In this document: piece by piece, positions 1 to 14,239 of the stretch
How positions within the stretch are numbered: position 1 is the stretch's first letter
Layout of the letters: each line of letters starts with the position of its first letter
DNA from: Eledone cirrhosa
Lineage: Eukaryota
DNA length: 64,000 nucleotides
Direction: 5' to 3'
Assembly: GCA_964016885.1 (NCBI GenBank)
Contig: OZ024740.1
Span: 232,252,001-232,316,000, forward strand
The notes under the pieces: generated by a model
The model's input: only the letters and a program-made list of their open reading frames with translations
Database searches by the model: none
What the model was told of the DNA's origin: nothing
Made by a program: the position numbers and the translations under genes

Positions 1-377
1 CACACACTCCCTAAAACCATATTCCAATAATAGAATTTCTCTTACACTCCTGCTACTGTCATAGAATTTACCTCTAGCTTACAATTCGCTTTTGAACTTT
101 TAACCAGTCAATTAACACAATCAAATATACACACACATATTTACAGGATGTTTCCTTGGCCCCCAAAAAATAACTTTGTTCGGTGAAGAAACATACTGTG
201 AAGAAATATGCTATCTTCACTACCACCTCTCTATTAACAAGAACTCATTCTCCAGCCCAATTTTGAGCAAGACAAAGGGAAAAAACTTACTCCAACATTT
301 GATTATAATTTTAAATCTTTAATTTTTAGTTTTTAACTCCTATTAATTCTTTTTTTAAATTTTGTATTTCAATACTC

Positions 378-426
378 AATATTTGATAAGATGAATTTTA
401 ATAATACATCGAAACCGGTAATACTT
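378..426 (+). other. Degenerate hammerhead at the probable 3' end of an old Penelope-like copy (1-560)
   Basis: TTGATAA GATG...CATC GAAA CCGG TA; upstream fragments resemble the PLE C-terminus (EEKYAI...LLNK after frameshifts). Confidence 0.35.
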
Positions 427-568
427 TATATACATTATAAAACTTATTTTAAAAATAATTGTCCCTCTCATTTTTTCAATAATGTCATCTTTTCAATAAT
501 GTCACTTTGAGGAATCAAAGAAAGGATAACAAAAGAAAATCAGACCCTTAAATATATTTCAGACTTCA

Positions 569-652
<84 letters not shown>

Positions 653-657
<5 letters not shown>

Positions 658-1342
658 CATGAGAAGAAAGAAGAATACTGCGTGGTTGCACATGGGTTAC
701 ATATGATAAAAATAGTCCTTCGTCAGTGATTTTCCAATCATCATTGGTATTTTATCGCATTAAAAATTATATACCTCAGGTTGGTGCGAGCAATAACTAA
801 AAAAAGTTATTGGGACCAGTAAATCGCGTAAAGCGAGGGGGACAAGTGAACAACACAGAAGGATAAAAGCAAACCAAAGATAGAAAAAAAACAAGCAACA
901 TGGTTGTCCGGTCAGCATAAGCTGGGTGGATTTCATGGCGAAAGGTACAGACCGTCCGACATGAGTGAGATGTAAGCAAGAAGAGACCCACTGTAAGCCA
1001 AACGGGAGGAAGTGAGAAGGGGAGAAACAGAGAGTGAATGAGTGGAAGTGCGAGGAAGCGGTCAGTCGAGAGAAAGTGTAACTGACAGAGGGGGCGAAAG
1101 AAGGTTAGAGAAACAGAGAGAACGGGGAAGCAGTAAGAGAGAAACAGACAAACCCAGCCGAGGTAAATATATATAAAAAACATGAGAAGAAAGAAGAATA
1201 CTGCGTGGTTGCACATGGGTTACATATGATAAAAATAGTCCTTCGTCAGTGATTTTCCAACCATCATTGGTATTTCATCGCATTAAAAATCATATACCTT
1301 CAGGTTGGTGCGAGCAATAGCTAAAAAAGGTTATTGGGACCA
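653..1342. repeat. ~165-bp direct repeats (period 523) enclosing a purine-rich segment; inverted relative at ~63395-63475
   Basis: 653-818 matches 1176-1342; flanked by (TA)n. Confidence 0.85.
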
Positions 1343-1374
1343 ATATATATATATATATATAAATGTAAGTATAT

Positions 1375-2036
1375 ATACGTACATACTTATATGTATACAG
1401 ACGTACAGTAGCATGTATATACATACATACATGAACACATATATATGTACGTATGGGTTTACAAACAGCCCGAATTATTAGCCGTACAACCATCGTTGCC
1501 CTTTTGTTCAACACTGACAAAGGAACGATGAACTAGTTTCTAGCTTATTAGCTGTCATCAGCAGACTATATCTTCCTGTCAGTCAATTGAATGTTTGAAA
1601 GTGTATACTTTCCTTATGCATATTAACGTCTGAGCAGCCTAATTTGCATATCGAGTGAGTTAGTCGGCCGGGTGTACCGAAAACGAAAAATTGAAAAAAT
1701 GAAATGCATATTAACGGCTATGCATAAGGAAAGTATATAGTTTCAAATATTCAATCGACTGACAGGAAGGTGTACGGTACTGATGACAGCTAATAAGCTA
1801 GAAACTAGTTCATCGTTCTTTTGTCAGTGTTGAACAAAAGGGCAACGATGGTTGCCGAACACTGTACGGCTAACAAACCGAGCATTATAATAAATGTTTG
1901 GTAAACCCATACGTACATATATATATCTGTGTGCATGTATGTATGTATATACATACTACTGTACGTCTGTATACATACTTACATTTAAGTATCAGCCGAA
2001 CTAAGAGTGAGAAATGAAATTTCATTTTTTCCACTT
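1375..2036 (+). mobile_element. Fold-back element (~240-bp imperfect arms) with minimal hammerheads (+ ~1775-1815; - ~1525-1566)
   Basis: CTGATGA CAGCT aata AGCTA GAAA CTAG TT CATCG; arms ~1380-1622 / 1719-1980; same family as 29348-30100. Confidence 0.75.
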
Positions 2037-2241
2037 ATATATATATATATATCAGAAAGGGTGTGGTAAAATATCAGGTGTATCATAACCCACAAGAGTA
2101 CTCGATACTCGGGGTAGTAGAGTGGGTTATATGAAATGATTCAGGATCCCGGCGGCTGAGACCCGGCCGTTTTGACACCTAGATCTTTCGAGTTTGGAGG
2201 TAGCTGTTGAAACGACCGGAGCTCGCCTCGGGGTTCTGTCT

Positions 2242-2313
<72 letters not shown>

Positions 2314-2357
2314 TAAAATAACAGATTAAAGTTTAAGCTTCAAATTTATTATTATTA

Positions 2358-2427
<70 letters not shown>

Positions 2428-3138
2428 TAAATTAAAAATAAAATGTCGAATGGCATAAATATAAAATAAACACAGCAAACAATTACAGGGGATAATTTGT
2501 AAAGAGTGTAAACACACATAGTTACGGAGGTAACATTAAAAATTAACAAGAACCTTGAATATAGATTAATCTCCTTCGAATATATTCCATTGAATATATA
2601 TGACATCTTTAATCTAATTTTGGTAGTATATATATATGTATATGAATTTATAATACTCTTTCGTCAGGGGAAATGGCAAGGCCATTGAGATACGTGGCGG
2701 GAAATAGGAAAGTATCCTTAAACCGGAGAAATTACTCAAACACATTAACCAGAGTAGAGTCCATGGAAGGTGCTGAAGAGTCGGATACAGGAAGAGGAGG
2801 ATGTATTGAATATATTTCTCTTACGAGAGACATGAATGTTCTTACTGTATCTATAGCTACATTCACATTGTATAGGAGTATTATTCATGTTGTTTGGTTT
2901 ATGTACACTGGTGTTTCATTAAATCAATTTTTTTGTTAATGCATCGTTATAGCGTATTGACTATTTCCCTGATGCTTGTTAAATCTTTGTTAAATCTTTG
3001 TTACAGTATATTCCTCGTTATGGTTTTCTGTACAGATATCATTTAGATCTTGACAAATCCTAAAAAAGAACATGGGAACTGAAAATTTAAGTGATGTGGA
3101 ATATCTTACATAAAATATTTCGAACATGTTAATTATTA

Positions 3139-3798
3139 TTTTCTACCGATTGTCCATTGTATAACCATCCGCATTGTAAGATATAGTTAATAGGTAGATG
3201 ACTGTTCTGGTATATTATCCAAGTAGAATATACGTTTTCGTATGTATGTGTATATGTATGTGTGTGTGTGTATTTGTGCTTGTGTATGTGTGAGTGTGTG
3301 CGTGTTTACGATTATCCGTATGTCTGTGTAATTTATACTATTGTGATTTATAATTTTCTACCGATTGTCCATTGTATAACCATCCGCATTGTAAGATATA
3401 GGTAGATGACTGTTCTGGTATATTATCCAAGTAGAATATACGTTTTCGTGTGTATGTGTATATGTATGTGTGTGTGTGTGTATGTGTGCTTGTGTATGTG
3501 TGAGTGTGTGTGTTTGTGTGCGTGTTTACGATTATCCGTATGTCTGTGTAATTTATACTATTGTGATTTATAATTTTCTACCGATTGTCCATTGGCTAAC
3601 CATCCGCATTGTAAGATATAGGTAGATGACTTGTTCTGGTATATTATCCAAGTAGAATATACGTTTTCGTGTGTATGTGTATATGTATGTGTGTGTGTGT
3701 GTATGTGTGCTTGTGTATGTGTGAGTGTGTGTGTTTGTGTGCGTGTTCACGATTATCCGTATGTCTGTGTAATTTATACTATTGTGATTTATAGTTTT
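3139..3798. repeat. Tandem triplication of a ~215-220-bp unit containing (TG)n
   Basis: TTCTACCGATTGTCCATTG at 3141, 3356 and 3576. Confidence 0.9.
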
Positions 3799-4157
3799 CA
3801 GAATGCAAAATCTTTCAAAGAAATATTTCAGAAAGATTGTGTTTCCTTTCTCAGAATTGATGTATCTGCGATATAAAGCAACCAAACCGATGATTCGAGA
3901 TTTTACTGACAATTTACCAATCGTTTAGTTCAGCCCAGTCTCAGGATGTATCTACCAATCTCTAGCGTGGATAGTTTTCATAATTAGATTTGATGTGTCG
4001 AAGTGAATTAATACCAGGTACGTAATTGCATTAATCAAATGCACTCGCATATATTTTCACTAATAACAGGTATAATATTATTCTATAATATATTAGAAAT
4101 GTCGTTATGAATTATACTGTAGGTATCATCATTGGCATGTTTACAATGGGATGACAA

Positions 4158-4785
4158 TAATTGTTTCTACTTTAGGCACAAGGCCAGCAATTAGAAGTGG
4201 AGGGGAAAATAGATTAAATCGACCCCAACACTTACTAGAGCTTTATTTTATCACCCCGTAAGGATGAAAGGCAAAGCTAAACTCGGAGAGATTTGAATTC
4301 AGAGCGTAAAGGGCCATAACTCTTTGCTGCAAAGCATGGTGTCTGACGCTCTACCGATTCTGCCCATCCACAGTACTTATAATAATAATTATAATTGTGT
4401 CTACTTTTGGCACAAGGCCAGCAATTACCCAGTGTATTACTGGTACTTTATTTTATCGACCCTGTAAGGATGAAAGGCAAAGTTAACCACGGCGGGATTT
4501 GAACTCAGATCGTAAAGGGACGTAACTACGCTGGAAAGCATGTCTGACCCTCTACCAATACTGCCAATTAATAATGGTGTCTGATTTAGGCTCAAGGTCA
4601 ACAATTTTGAGGGAGGGGTAAAGTCGATAAAATTTACACCATTGTATCACTGGTACTTCATTTTATCGACTCTGTAAGGATGAAAGGCAAGGCCAACCTC
4701 GGCGAGATATGAACTAAAAACGTAAAGGGACGTAACTCTATGCCGCGAAGCAAGGTGTCCGATGCTCTACCGATACTGCCACTCC
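4158..4785 (-). mobile_element. Three tandem tRNA-derived SINE copies (major family of this window; central domain MetaSINE-like)
   Basis: Minus strand head TGGCAGTATCGGTAGAGC (A box), GAGTTCAAATCCC (B box), core TTTGCCTTTCATCCTTACGGGGTCGATAAAATAAAGTACCAG, (ATT)n tail; family name from recall, not searched. Confidence 0.85.
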
Positions 4786-4803
4786 CATAATAATCAGAAT
4801 AAG

Positions 4804-5200
4804 AGTCGGTGATAGAAAATGATCGACTGAAGTTCCACTGGGATTTCAGGATACAAACATATAAAGAATTAGAACACAATTTACCTGACTTACTTGTTAT
4901 TAACAAGGGAAAATATCTTGGTTGATTATAGATGTACCTTGCCCCTTTGATACAAGAGAGCAAGAAAAAGGAGAAGGATGAAATTAACCAGTACCAGAAT
5001 CTAAAGTGGGACTGAAAAGGATTTGGGAATGTCATGATATCAAGTTCGCCCCCAATTGCCATAGGAGCAATGGGTACTATCTCGAAAAGTTTTCAAGTCT
5101 GCCTAAAAAATCTGAGCCCAGGCCCATTTTGTTGGAACACTTCAAAAGGCACGCAAGGACCTTTCGATGCGTCCTGAATATCTGAGGCTGCAGGTAGCGA
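4804..5200 (+). pseudogene. Degraded restriction-like endonuclease end of an R4/Dong-like non-LTR retrotransposon
   Basis: ESVIENDRLKFHWDFRIQTYKELEHNLPDLLVINKGK...CPFDTR...AIGAMGTISKSF, with frameshifts. Confidence 0.75.
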
Positions 5201-5652
5201 CGTGATGTTCATTTGGGCAAATTTATGGTTAAATAACAAAAATTAGATATAAAATTTCATAATTTACTATACTTATAATGTTATAAAAGAAAATAAAACA
5301 GCAAAAGTTTAAAATGCATTAGCTTACGCGAAAATTATTATAATTTAACAATCATATACTATTACCTTCAGCATCAGGTCTCAGAAATTCTAAGAGTGCA
5401 TCATAAAATAAAATTAAAAGTGAATCACCATAAATATCATACTTCAGTAGCTTCTTTGGCATAATCGGCTTCTTTGGCATAATCCGACAATTATTTCAAT
5501 AATGTCTCAATATTAATCCAGCTACCTCAAAATAAAAGCGACTTTTCAGTAGAAAAACTTAGAGGTAGGTACATATGAGCGACTTTAGGGTTTTAGGCTA
5601 CTCAGTATCACAGTTGGTGACATACTGAAAGCTATATTATGGTTCAAACCTT

Positions 5653-5682
<30 letters not shown>

Positions 5683-5683
<1 letters not shown>

Positions 5684-6027
5684 AATTATTAAAAAAATAA
5701 TGAATAAACAAAGAAACCGTTCCTTATATTAAAAAAAAAAAATTTTTTTTAAACTTTCTTATATTAAAAAAAATGTTCTTATATTAAAAAGAATTTTCTT
5801 ATATTAAAAAGAATTTTCTTATATTAAAAAGAATTTTTTTTAATATAAGGAACTGTTTCTTTGTTTATTCATTATTTTTTTAATAATTTATCTTGACTCT
5901 GTTTTCCGTTTATTTTTCACCGAAAGTAGTTTTTGAATGCATCTTCTCTTTTCATGATATCCGGATTACATTGAGTTCTTCATACGGATTGGACACTACC
6001 GAAAACTTTTGGTAGATTTTTCTACAT
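5683..6027. repeat. Fold-back with an internal 20-bp minisatellite and a tail homologous (inverted) to 37622-37760
   Basis: Arms ~5683-5735 / 5836-5890; TTCTTATATTAAAAAGAATT repeated between them. Confidence 0.7.
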
Positions 6028-6606
6028 ATATATATATATATATATATATATGTTTCAACAGCTAGTTCCAGACTAGAACTAGCTGTTGAAAAGGCAAAAG
6101 CACAACCTTCAGGTCACGACACTTTACAATATATATATATAGAGATCTCGCAATAATGAAGTTCCCAGACCGGGCGATGCGTTATGTCTTTGAGCAAAAC
6201 ACTTTATTTCACGTTGCTCATTCTTCCTGTAGTTGCGACCGATAGTTAGTATTTAGCAATTGGAAAGACTAATGGAAACATTCTTTCCTCGGTCCGATTT
6301 AACGAAAGTCGATCGACTGTCGATATATATATATATATGCGTTTTTGTGAATACATATGTGTGTGAACATGTATGCATGCACCTCCATATGTACGTGTAT
6401 GTGTATCGGCTAATGTTCAGAATATGTGTGACTAGAAAACCATAAACCAACAAACTAATGAGCGATATAACTAAAGCTATGCCAAAACAAAGAACATAAA
6501 ATGTCTCAATAAACAAAAAAAGAAAGAACAAGAGACTCTGAAGCGAAAAATACTCTCTCAAATGATGAAAAATAATTAGATAAATTATGTATGTATATAC
6601 GTATAT

Positions 6607-6668
<62 letters not shown>

Positions 6669-6707
6669 TTATGCATAGACGATTCAACATACATAATTTA
6701 TCTAATA

Positions 6708-6773
<66 letters not shown>

Positions 6774-7459
6774 GTATGTCGTATGTGTGTGTATGTATGT
6801 ATATACAGGCGTATATTATACATATATCAATAAATAAAGGATAGTTGATTTGTGTGTAGACAGGGGTAGTGAGTGGACGGCAAGTGCAATGTGATATACC
6901 AAAACCCAATCAGTAATCTACGTTGGATCCAAGAGGCGTCACCACTGAAACGAATAAAAGAGAAAAAAGAAAAGAAAAGGAAATGACAAAAACCAGGCAC
7001 GCACGTACACACACACATATAGGCATTAACAAAGATACATACATGCATATCATCAACGATACACAGAAACACGTACATGGACACCCACTCGTTCTAATTA
7101 AGTCTTAAAAGTGATTTGGCTCTGAAAGAGAATTTACCCTGTTGTCCATAAAGGGTGGGGAAGGGCTAGAAGCAAGAATACCAAAGCTAGTTTAACAACA
7201 CTGCCAGATTTTGTAGCCAACACTTGAAATGTATGGTGTGTCGGACAAGACACCGTGGTAGACTGCAGGGGGTGGTTTACTTCAGTTTTCTTTTCCCTTG
7301 ATAATTCTCCACCCACCCCAGTTTACAATGCTTTTATTCCCAACGCCTTATATACTATATATATATATATGCATGTATATGTGTGTATATGTGTGTATAT
7401 GTATATATTTCTATATATAAATATACGTGTATATGTGTGTGTGTGCAGATACACCCCTC

Positions 7460-7509
<50 letters not shown>

Positions 7510-7884
7510 ACACATATACGCGTATCTCTGATTGTGCGTGCGTCTTTGTATGTGTGTAATTCTCTGTAAGTTTAATTGACAAGGGGAAAACATTTGGGTT
7601 CTTGCCCGATTTTTTTTCGGCAATTGAGAGCAAAGGCTATCGGAAAGTTGTCTGTTACTTAGTCACGCCAGACATTTGAATGGTGCCTGCCCTCATTCGC
7701 TGGGACATTCCGTCGCTGAGTTAGTTGGGAAAGTGGTGCTGTTGTCCTCCTCTTGGTTTGGTTTGATGTGATGAGGTAGTAGTTGCGAAGGTAGTAGCAG
7801 ATGGATATACTCTAGGGTCTTGTCAGGAACGTTAGTGTGTCGGACAACAGATTTTGCCACACCGAGTTACGTTCTTTTATGCTC

Positions 7885-8440
7885 TGTGTTCGAATCCCAC
7901 CGAGGTGAGATTTGCCTTTCATCATTACGGGCATCGATAAAATAAAGTACCAGTCACGCACTGGGGTTGATTTCATCGACATTCTCCTCCCTCAAAATTG
8001 CTGGCCTTGTGCCTAAATCAGAAACCATTATTGTAATTATTGTCAGTAGTAGTAGAAGTAGTAGTAGTAGCAGCAGCAGCAGCGTCGGCAGTAGTGGGGA
8101 TATTTGTCGTGGTGGGGGCCCTTAATAATAACTATATTGGAGGAAGTGGCACTTTCGGTGGCTTGCTGCTTTCCACTTATTAATTGATTGCAGAAATAGT
8201 TATTTACAAGTGATGATGATGATGATTTTAATGATGTTGCTGACAATAATAATTGTTTCTACTTTTTGGCACAAGGCCAGCAATTACACCGGTGCATTAC
8301 TGGTACTTTATTTTATCGACCCCGTAAGGATGAAAGGCAAAGTTAACCTCGGCGGGATTCGAACTCAGAATGGCAAGGGGCGTAACTCTATGCATCAAAG
8401 CATAGCGTCCGACCCTCTACCGATACTGCCAATCCACGGG
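7885..8440. mobile_element. Two copies of the same SINE (+ ~7885-8035; - ~8250-8440)
   Basis: Shared core and B box. Confidence 0.85.
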
Positions 8441-9472
8441 TCCTCGTGTTAAACGAATATTAACAGCAACCACAATGATATGAAAGCCATGGCCATGGAC
8501 TAGATTAAAGAAAATATCATCCAGACCAAGAAAAACAACTTAAGCAGCAATTTACAAAAAGAGGAATATCCCCAGGATGGCAACAATTTTTCAGTTATTT
8601 CTTACATCTTATATTCCATCTGTGCTTAATATCTTCCTTGTGAGACGTCTCCAGGAGTTAAGCTCTTTTGAAAAAGGAATCAGTTCTGATAGACACCTTT
8701 AACTGGTTTCCCTTTATATTTACATATGTTTCTGATTTTTTATTGTTTCCTGATTTCCCAAGCGAATAAATGAGTCTTAAAGTGGTCGATTAACGTGATA
8801 CGAATAGCACACAATCTTCGAATAATGCTTGTAATAATTTAAGAATATCTAGTCCTAGATATATTTATAAAAACAAATAAATGATTACGACTGAAATGCT
8901 TTGATAAATATATATATAAGGAAAAGAAATCAAAAATGCAACTGGAGTCTTTTTAAGAATACTTATTTGTTTCCTTTACCGGTTTCACAGTTGTTATGCT
9001 TTTGAAAACTAGAATTGAGATGATATATATATATACATTTTAGTACAGCATTAACGAAGCTTTAGAACACGGCCAAGCTAACGAATGCAGAATCGGTCTG
9101 TAGCTATAGCACTCAGATGGGGAAAAGAACCCCAGAGTAATAACATTACGTTCAGACAGCTTAGCAAATCAGATATAGCGGTCGGCAGTCCAGCCGCATC
9201 ACTAGAGCAACGAAAATACAGGACCCAGGAAAAGATTTTATACTGACTCGGACAGAGCGGTGAGGCTGAATGCAAAATATATAATGCACATCGTATATCA
9301 CCCAATATAGATCACATACAGCACCCAACATCAGCGCTGAGTTCCTGGAAATCTAAGATCGATAAATTCCGATTGCAGCAGTCTGCAATATAATGGTTTG
9401 TGACGACAGAACATAGGATTTCCTTCTTCAGCAAGTCTCTCGTTTTTAGCCTGAGCGGGCGTGTTGTAGCTT

Positions 9473-9542
<70 letters not shown>

Positions 9543-10397
9543 CTATCATTGAGAAAGTAGCGGGATCAAATGAGTCAACTCCGAACCACGCCAGACTCTA
9601 CGTCCTCAAATCAAAACACTTACATTCATATTCTTCCTTAGCAAGAGTACACACTTTGCTACACACCGGTCAAGTTTTCTCTAAACCCTTTATTTGAAGA
9701 CATATCGATACAATACGAATTATTTCAAAATGAAGGTTATCACTTTCTTCCTTGCTATTTTCTATTGTTTTTGCCGTTATGTATTGCTTGGACCAAAACA
9801 AATTTCAAGCAACTTAACCGGCACGTCTATTCATTAGCTTTATTGTCTAATATTCATTTTTCCGGCGGCCTGCTCGAAGAAGCTGGACAATATATTTTGC
9901 CGTCCCATCCGTATGTATAGGATTTGCACTGTCCAGCGCTAGCCGATGAGGAGGATATTTGCTCTGATCATTTTTGGCTTCCTGTGTGCAACTTTGCTAG
10001 TATAATTACAGTATAATTGTGTATATATGTTTGCAAGTATGTATACACACAGAGACACACAAACACATACATATATGTGTGCGCGCGTGCGCGTGTGAGT
10101 GTGTGTGCACGTACGTGTGCTTATACATACACATGGATTCATATATATATTTACAAGCAGAACACATGCACACAAACAAATACACACAACCACACAGACA
10201 TATATATAACTACATAACAGACAACAATATAATTATTCCATTACCAAAGGTTTGAAGAAACTAGACGATCCTTACAGAAACCTCTAGCTCGTTCATCAGA
10301 TGAAAGAGTTATGTTTTGGATATAAATTTTGAAATTGATATCTATTAAAAATGAAAGTGAGGCTGAGTTAAAACAACATATTATAACGGAAAAAAAT

Positions 10398-10432
<35 letters not shown>

Positions 10433-10435
<3 letters not shown>

Positions 10436-10638
10436 GGAACGAGTAGGACCCCGACGGCTGAGCTCAAGCCGTTTCGACGGCTAATTCTGGACTAATTCAG
10501 TCCAGAATTAGCCGTCGAAATGGCTTGAGCTCAGCCGTCGGTGTCCTACTCGTTCCTATTACCCACTCTACTACCCTAAGTATTGAGTACTTTGGTGCGT
10601 TATGGTCCACCTGGTTCCTTACCTCATTTCCTTCGTTA
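10433..10638 (+). mobile_element. Dispersed ~200-bp hairpin+tail element in (TA)n (copies at 2053-2246 -, 34063-34260 -, 44877-45060 -, 57281-57511 +)
   Basis: ~60-bp inverted arms followed by the conserved tail TACCCACTCTACTACCCTAAGTATTGAGTACTTTGGTGCG...CCTTCGTTA. Confidence 0.85.
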
Positions 10639-10703
10639 TATATATATATATATATATAGTGACGAAACATAAGTCAATTGCATGAAATCATAATCCTTTA
10701 TTT

Positions 10704-10759
10704 ACTGCTATATATATTTCGATGATAGCCATTGAATGGCTATGATCTCATCAGGCAGT
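10704..10759 (-). ncRNA. Minimal type I hammerhead ribozyme
   Basis: ACTGC CTGATGA GATCATAGCCA ttcaa TGGCTATCATC GAAA TATATA TA GCAGT; 5-bp stem I, 10/11-bp stem II, palindromic stem III. Confidence 0.8.
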
Positions 10760-11315
10760 TAGTCAGTTCTTAGATATGCCAGCTCTGTGTTTATAGTGTT
10801 GATGGTATCAGAGCCCCTTGGGGCATATATATATACACGTACGCTCAATTATATACAGACATAATACATAAAAACACACACATATATATATATATATGAA
10901 ACGATATATACACACACTTACGATTAAAAATAAACACACGCATACATACATACATATACATAGACATACAAATACACACATATCTACATATATATAAATA
11001 TATGTTTGTGTGTGTTAAGTATTTCCATAGAAAAGGTAAAGGAGAGAAGAGTGCGCTATGTATAATACTATTTAATTATATAATAAACAACACAATATAA
11101 TTATTCCATTACCCAAGGTTTCAGGAAGTTAGACGATTCTAACAGAAACGACTCGTTCGTTCATCCGATGAAATATCTATGCTTTGGCTATAAGATTTGA
11201 AATTAAAATCTATTACAAATGAAAGTGAGGCTGAATTAGAATAACGGAAAAAATACATATTCACACAGAATCAGATATACATATCTGCACATATACATAA
11301 AATTGTAAATAAATT

Positions 11316-11640
11316 AATTGTTTCTACTTTAGGCACAAGGACAGCAATTACCCAGTGCATTACTGGTACTTTATTTTATCGACCCCGTAAGGATGAAAGG
11401 CAAAGTCAACCTCGGCGGGATTTGAACTCAGATCATAAAGGGACGTAACTATGCTAGAAAAATTGTTTCTACTTTTGGCATAAGGCCAGCAACTACCCAG
11501 TGCATTACAGGTACTTTATTTCATCGACCCCGTGAGGATGAAAGGCAAAGTTAACCTCGGAGGGATCTGAACTCAGATTGGCAAGGGACGTAACTCTATG
11601 CGTCAAAGCATGGCGTCCGACCCTCTATCGATACTGCCAA
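11316..11640 (-). mobile_element. Two tandem SINE copies
   Basis: Shared core repeated twice. Confidence 0.9.
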
Positions 11641-11771
11641 TAATAAATTAATAACGTATAAAAATGTACATATATGATATATGAAAGATAATAACAATCA
11701 AATCATAAAAAATAGTAAATGAAAAATGACGAAAATAAAAAATAAAATGAAAAACAATTATATACACACAT

Positions 11772-11802
<31 letters not shown>

Positions 11803-12008
11803 CATCCAGAGTTGACATTGCACTCAGTGCTCCTGTGGGAGCCCCTACATGGACACACTGGAAGAGGAAGACCAAGGTTGACGTATGTTGATGCCCTAAG
11901 GACAGACACTGGTCTGTTGGAGACGCAATACATGGCAGCGATAATGAGGGACAGAGACCGATGGAGAGAACTCGTCCATGGATCTCGGGAATTTTACCCA
12001 CCCTAGAT
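11803..12008 (+). mobile_element. Shorter copy of the same RTE-type 3' end
   Basis: Near-identical to 17185-17390. Confidence 0.85.
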
Positions 12009-12065
12009 ATATATATATACAATGATATTAAATAAATGGAAACTATATTTATAAAACAATATTTA

Positions 12066-12123
12066 TTCCATTATATATATTTCAAGGGTACCATAAACTT
12101 TGGTACGCTTTCATCAGATAAAA
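12066..12123 (-). ncRNA. Minimal type I hammerhead ribozyme inside a fold-back element (~12021-12260)
   Basis: TTTTAT CTGATGA AAGCGTACCA aagttta TGGTACCCTT GAAA TATATA TA ATGGAA; homologous copy at 26493-26555. Confidence 0.75.
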
Positions 12124-12303
12124 TACAAAGTGTGTTTTATAAATTTTGACATAGCCAAGGATCACACATTATTGGTTTTATAAATATAGTTTCCATTTAT
12201 TTAATATCATTGAATATTAAACTCCAGAAAATTGTCGAGTGCTCTGAATCAGTTATAAATATTTATATTTTTTGAATTACCGACAAATTGAATATCCCTT
12301 CTT

Positions 12304-12359
<56 letters not shown>

Positions 12360-12511
12360 TATATACAATACACATGCAGATGCATGTATACATATGCACG
12401 CATACATATATACACATATGTACACATACAAACACACACACACATACACACACACAGACACACACACAGACACACACACAATACAAATACACACGAAATC
12501 CTATATGTATA

Positions 12512-12830
12512 TATGAGGATTGCAGCGTCTTCACAGATGATTGCCGTCTCTTATTGATTCTTCATTATCATCCCATCTACGTCCATGACCTCGAAGACGA
12601 ATTTGTAGCCCAGCTGTAGATCTGCACGGTTTACAACACCTGTGAAAGAAGAGAGTTGTGCTTTCCACAGGACCGGTGAGGTCACCCTGTGGGACACAAT
12701 CTTTATGTACCACCATGAGCATTTTTTAGTACGGAACTAGTTCCACGTGTTACATATCACACGCGTTGTTTCACCAGCTCTTTTGTTGAGTTCTGTTGCG
12801 GGTGGTTATCCTTTCATGTGACTTCAGGTG
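12512..12830 (-). mobile_element. Probable RTE 3' end with a decayed C2H2 finger
   Basis: CCKPCRSTAGLQIRLRGH followed by a short 3' UTR into microsatellite. Confidence 0.45.
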
Positions 12831-13628
<798 letters not shown>

Positions 13629-14239
13629 ACCCTTATTATATGAATATATACATATTTACATATTTAATATACATATATGTATATAAAACATACATTATAT
13701 ACACATAAAACCGTACATACAAAAAATATATTCGCATACATATAAAGGCATATATACACACATACAGACGTAAGTTCATACATAGAAAAAATAAATATAT
13801 CAGCATTCAAAAATATTCATACATATGTATGAATATGTTAAGTATATTTGCTGAGAAAAAAGGAGTTTTCAGTGCTATAATTAAGGATGAAGTAAGATTG
13901 TATAAAAATCATATGTAAATGTTAAAAGTATGTGAAATTTTATATGTGAGTCAAATATATCAATAGAATGAAGGAGTGTTCGATGCGTCTTATAGAGTAC
14001 ACATAGCGAAAAAGAGAAGTGAAAATAATCAATATGTAAGTGCTATAGGTATAACAAACAGTAAGTAATCATAATCAATATGTGAGTATTGTTTGTGAGT
14101 TATGGGTATAACTAAATGTCTGTGTTCATATTGAATATAAGTTCAGGGTAGTTAGTGTTAATGCTATTTCATAATTGAAATATATGTTTAGGGTGGTTGT
14201 GTGTGTCAGAATTGATGCTATGTTTATTCCAACAGGAAA

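Noticed and set aside
715-760. Complete hammerhead at CTGACGA (720-726, minus strand)
   Set aside because: No paired stem II and GAAA downstream; a type II reading lacks a UH site
797-1216. 139-aa hydrophobic ORF
   Set aside because: By-product of a pyrimidine-rich strand inside a repeat; no recognisable motif
3139-3798. Retrozyme interpretation of the ~217-bp triplication
   Set aside because: No CUGANGA/GAAA core found on either strand; likely a local microsatellite-mediated duplication
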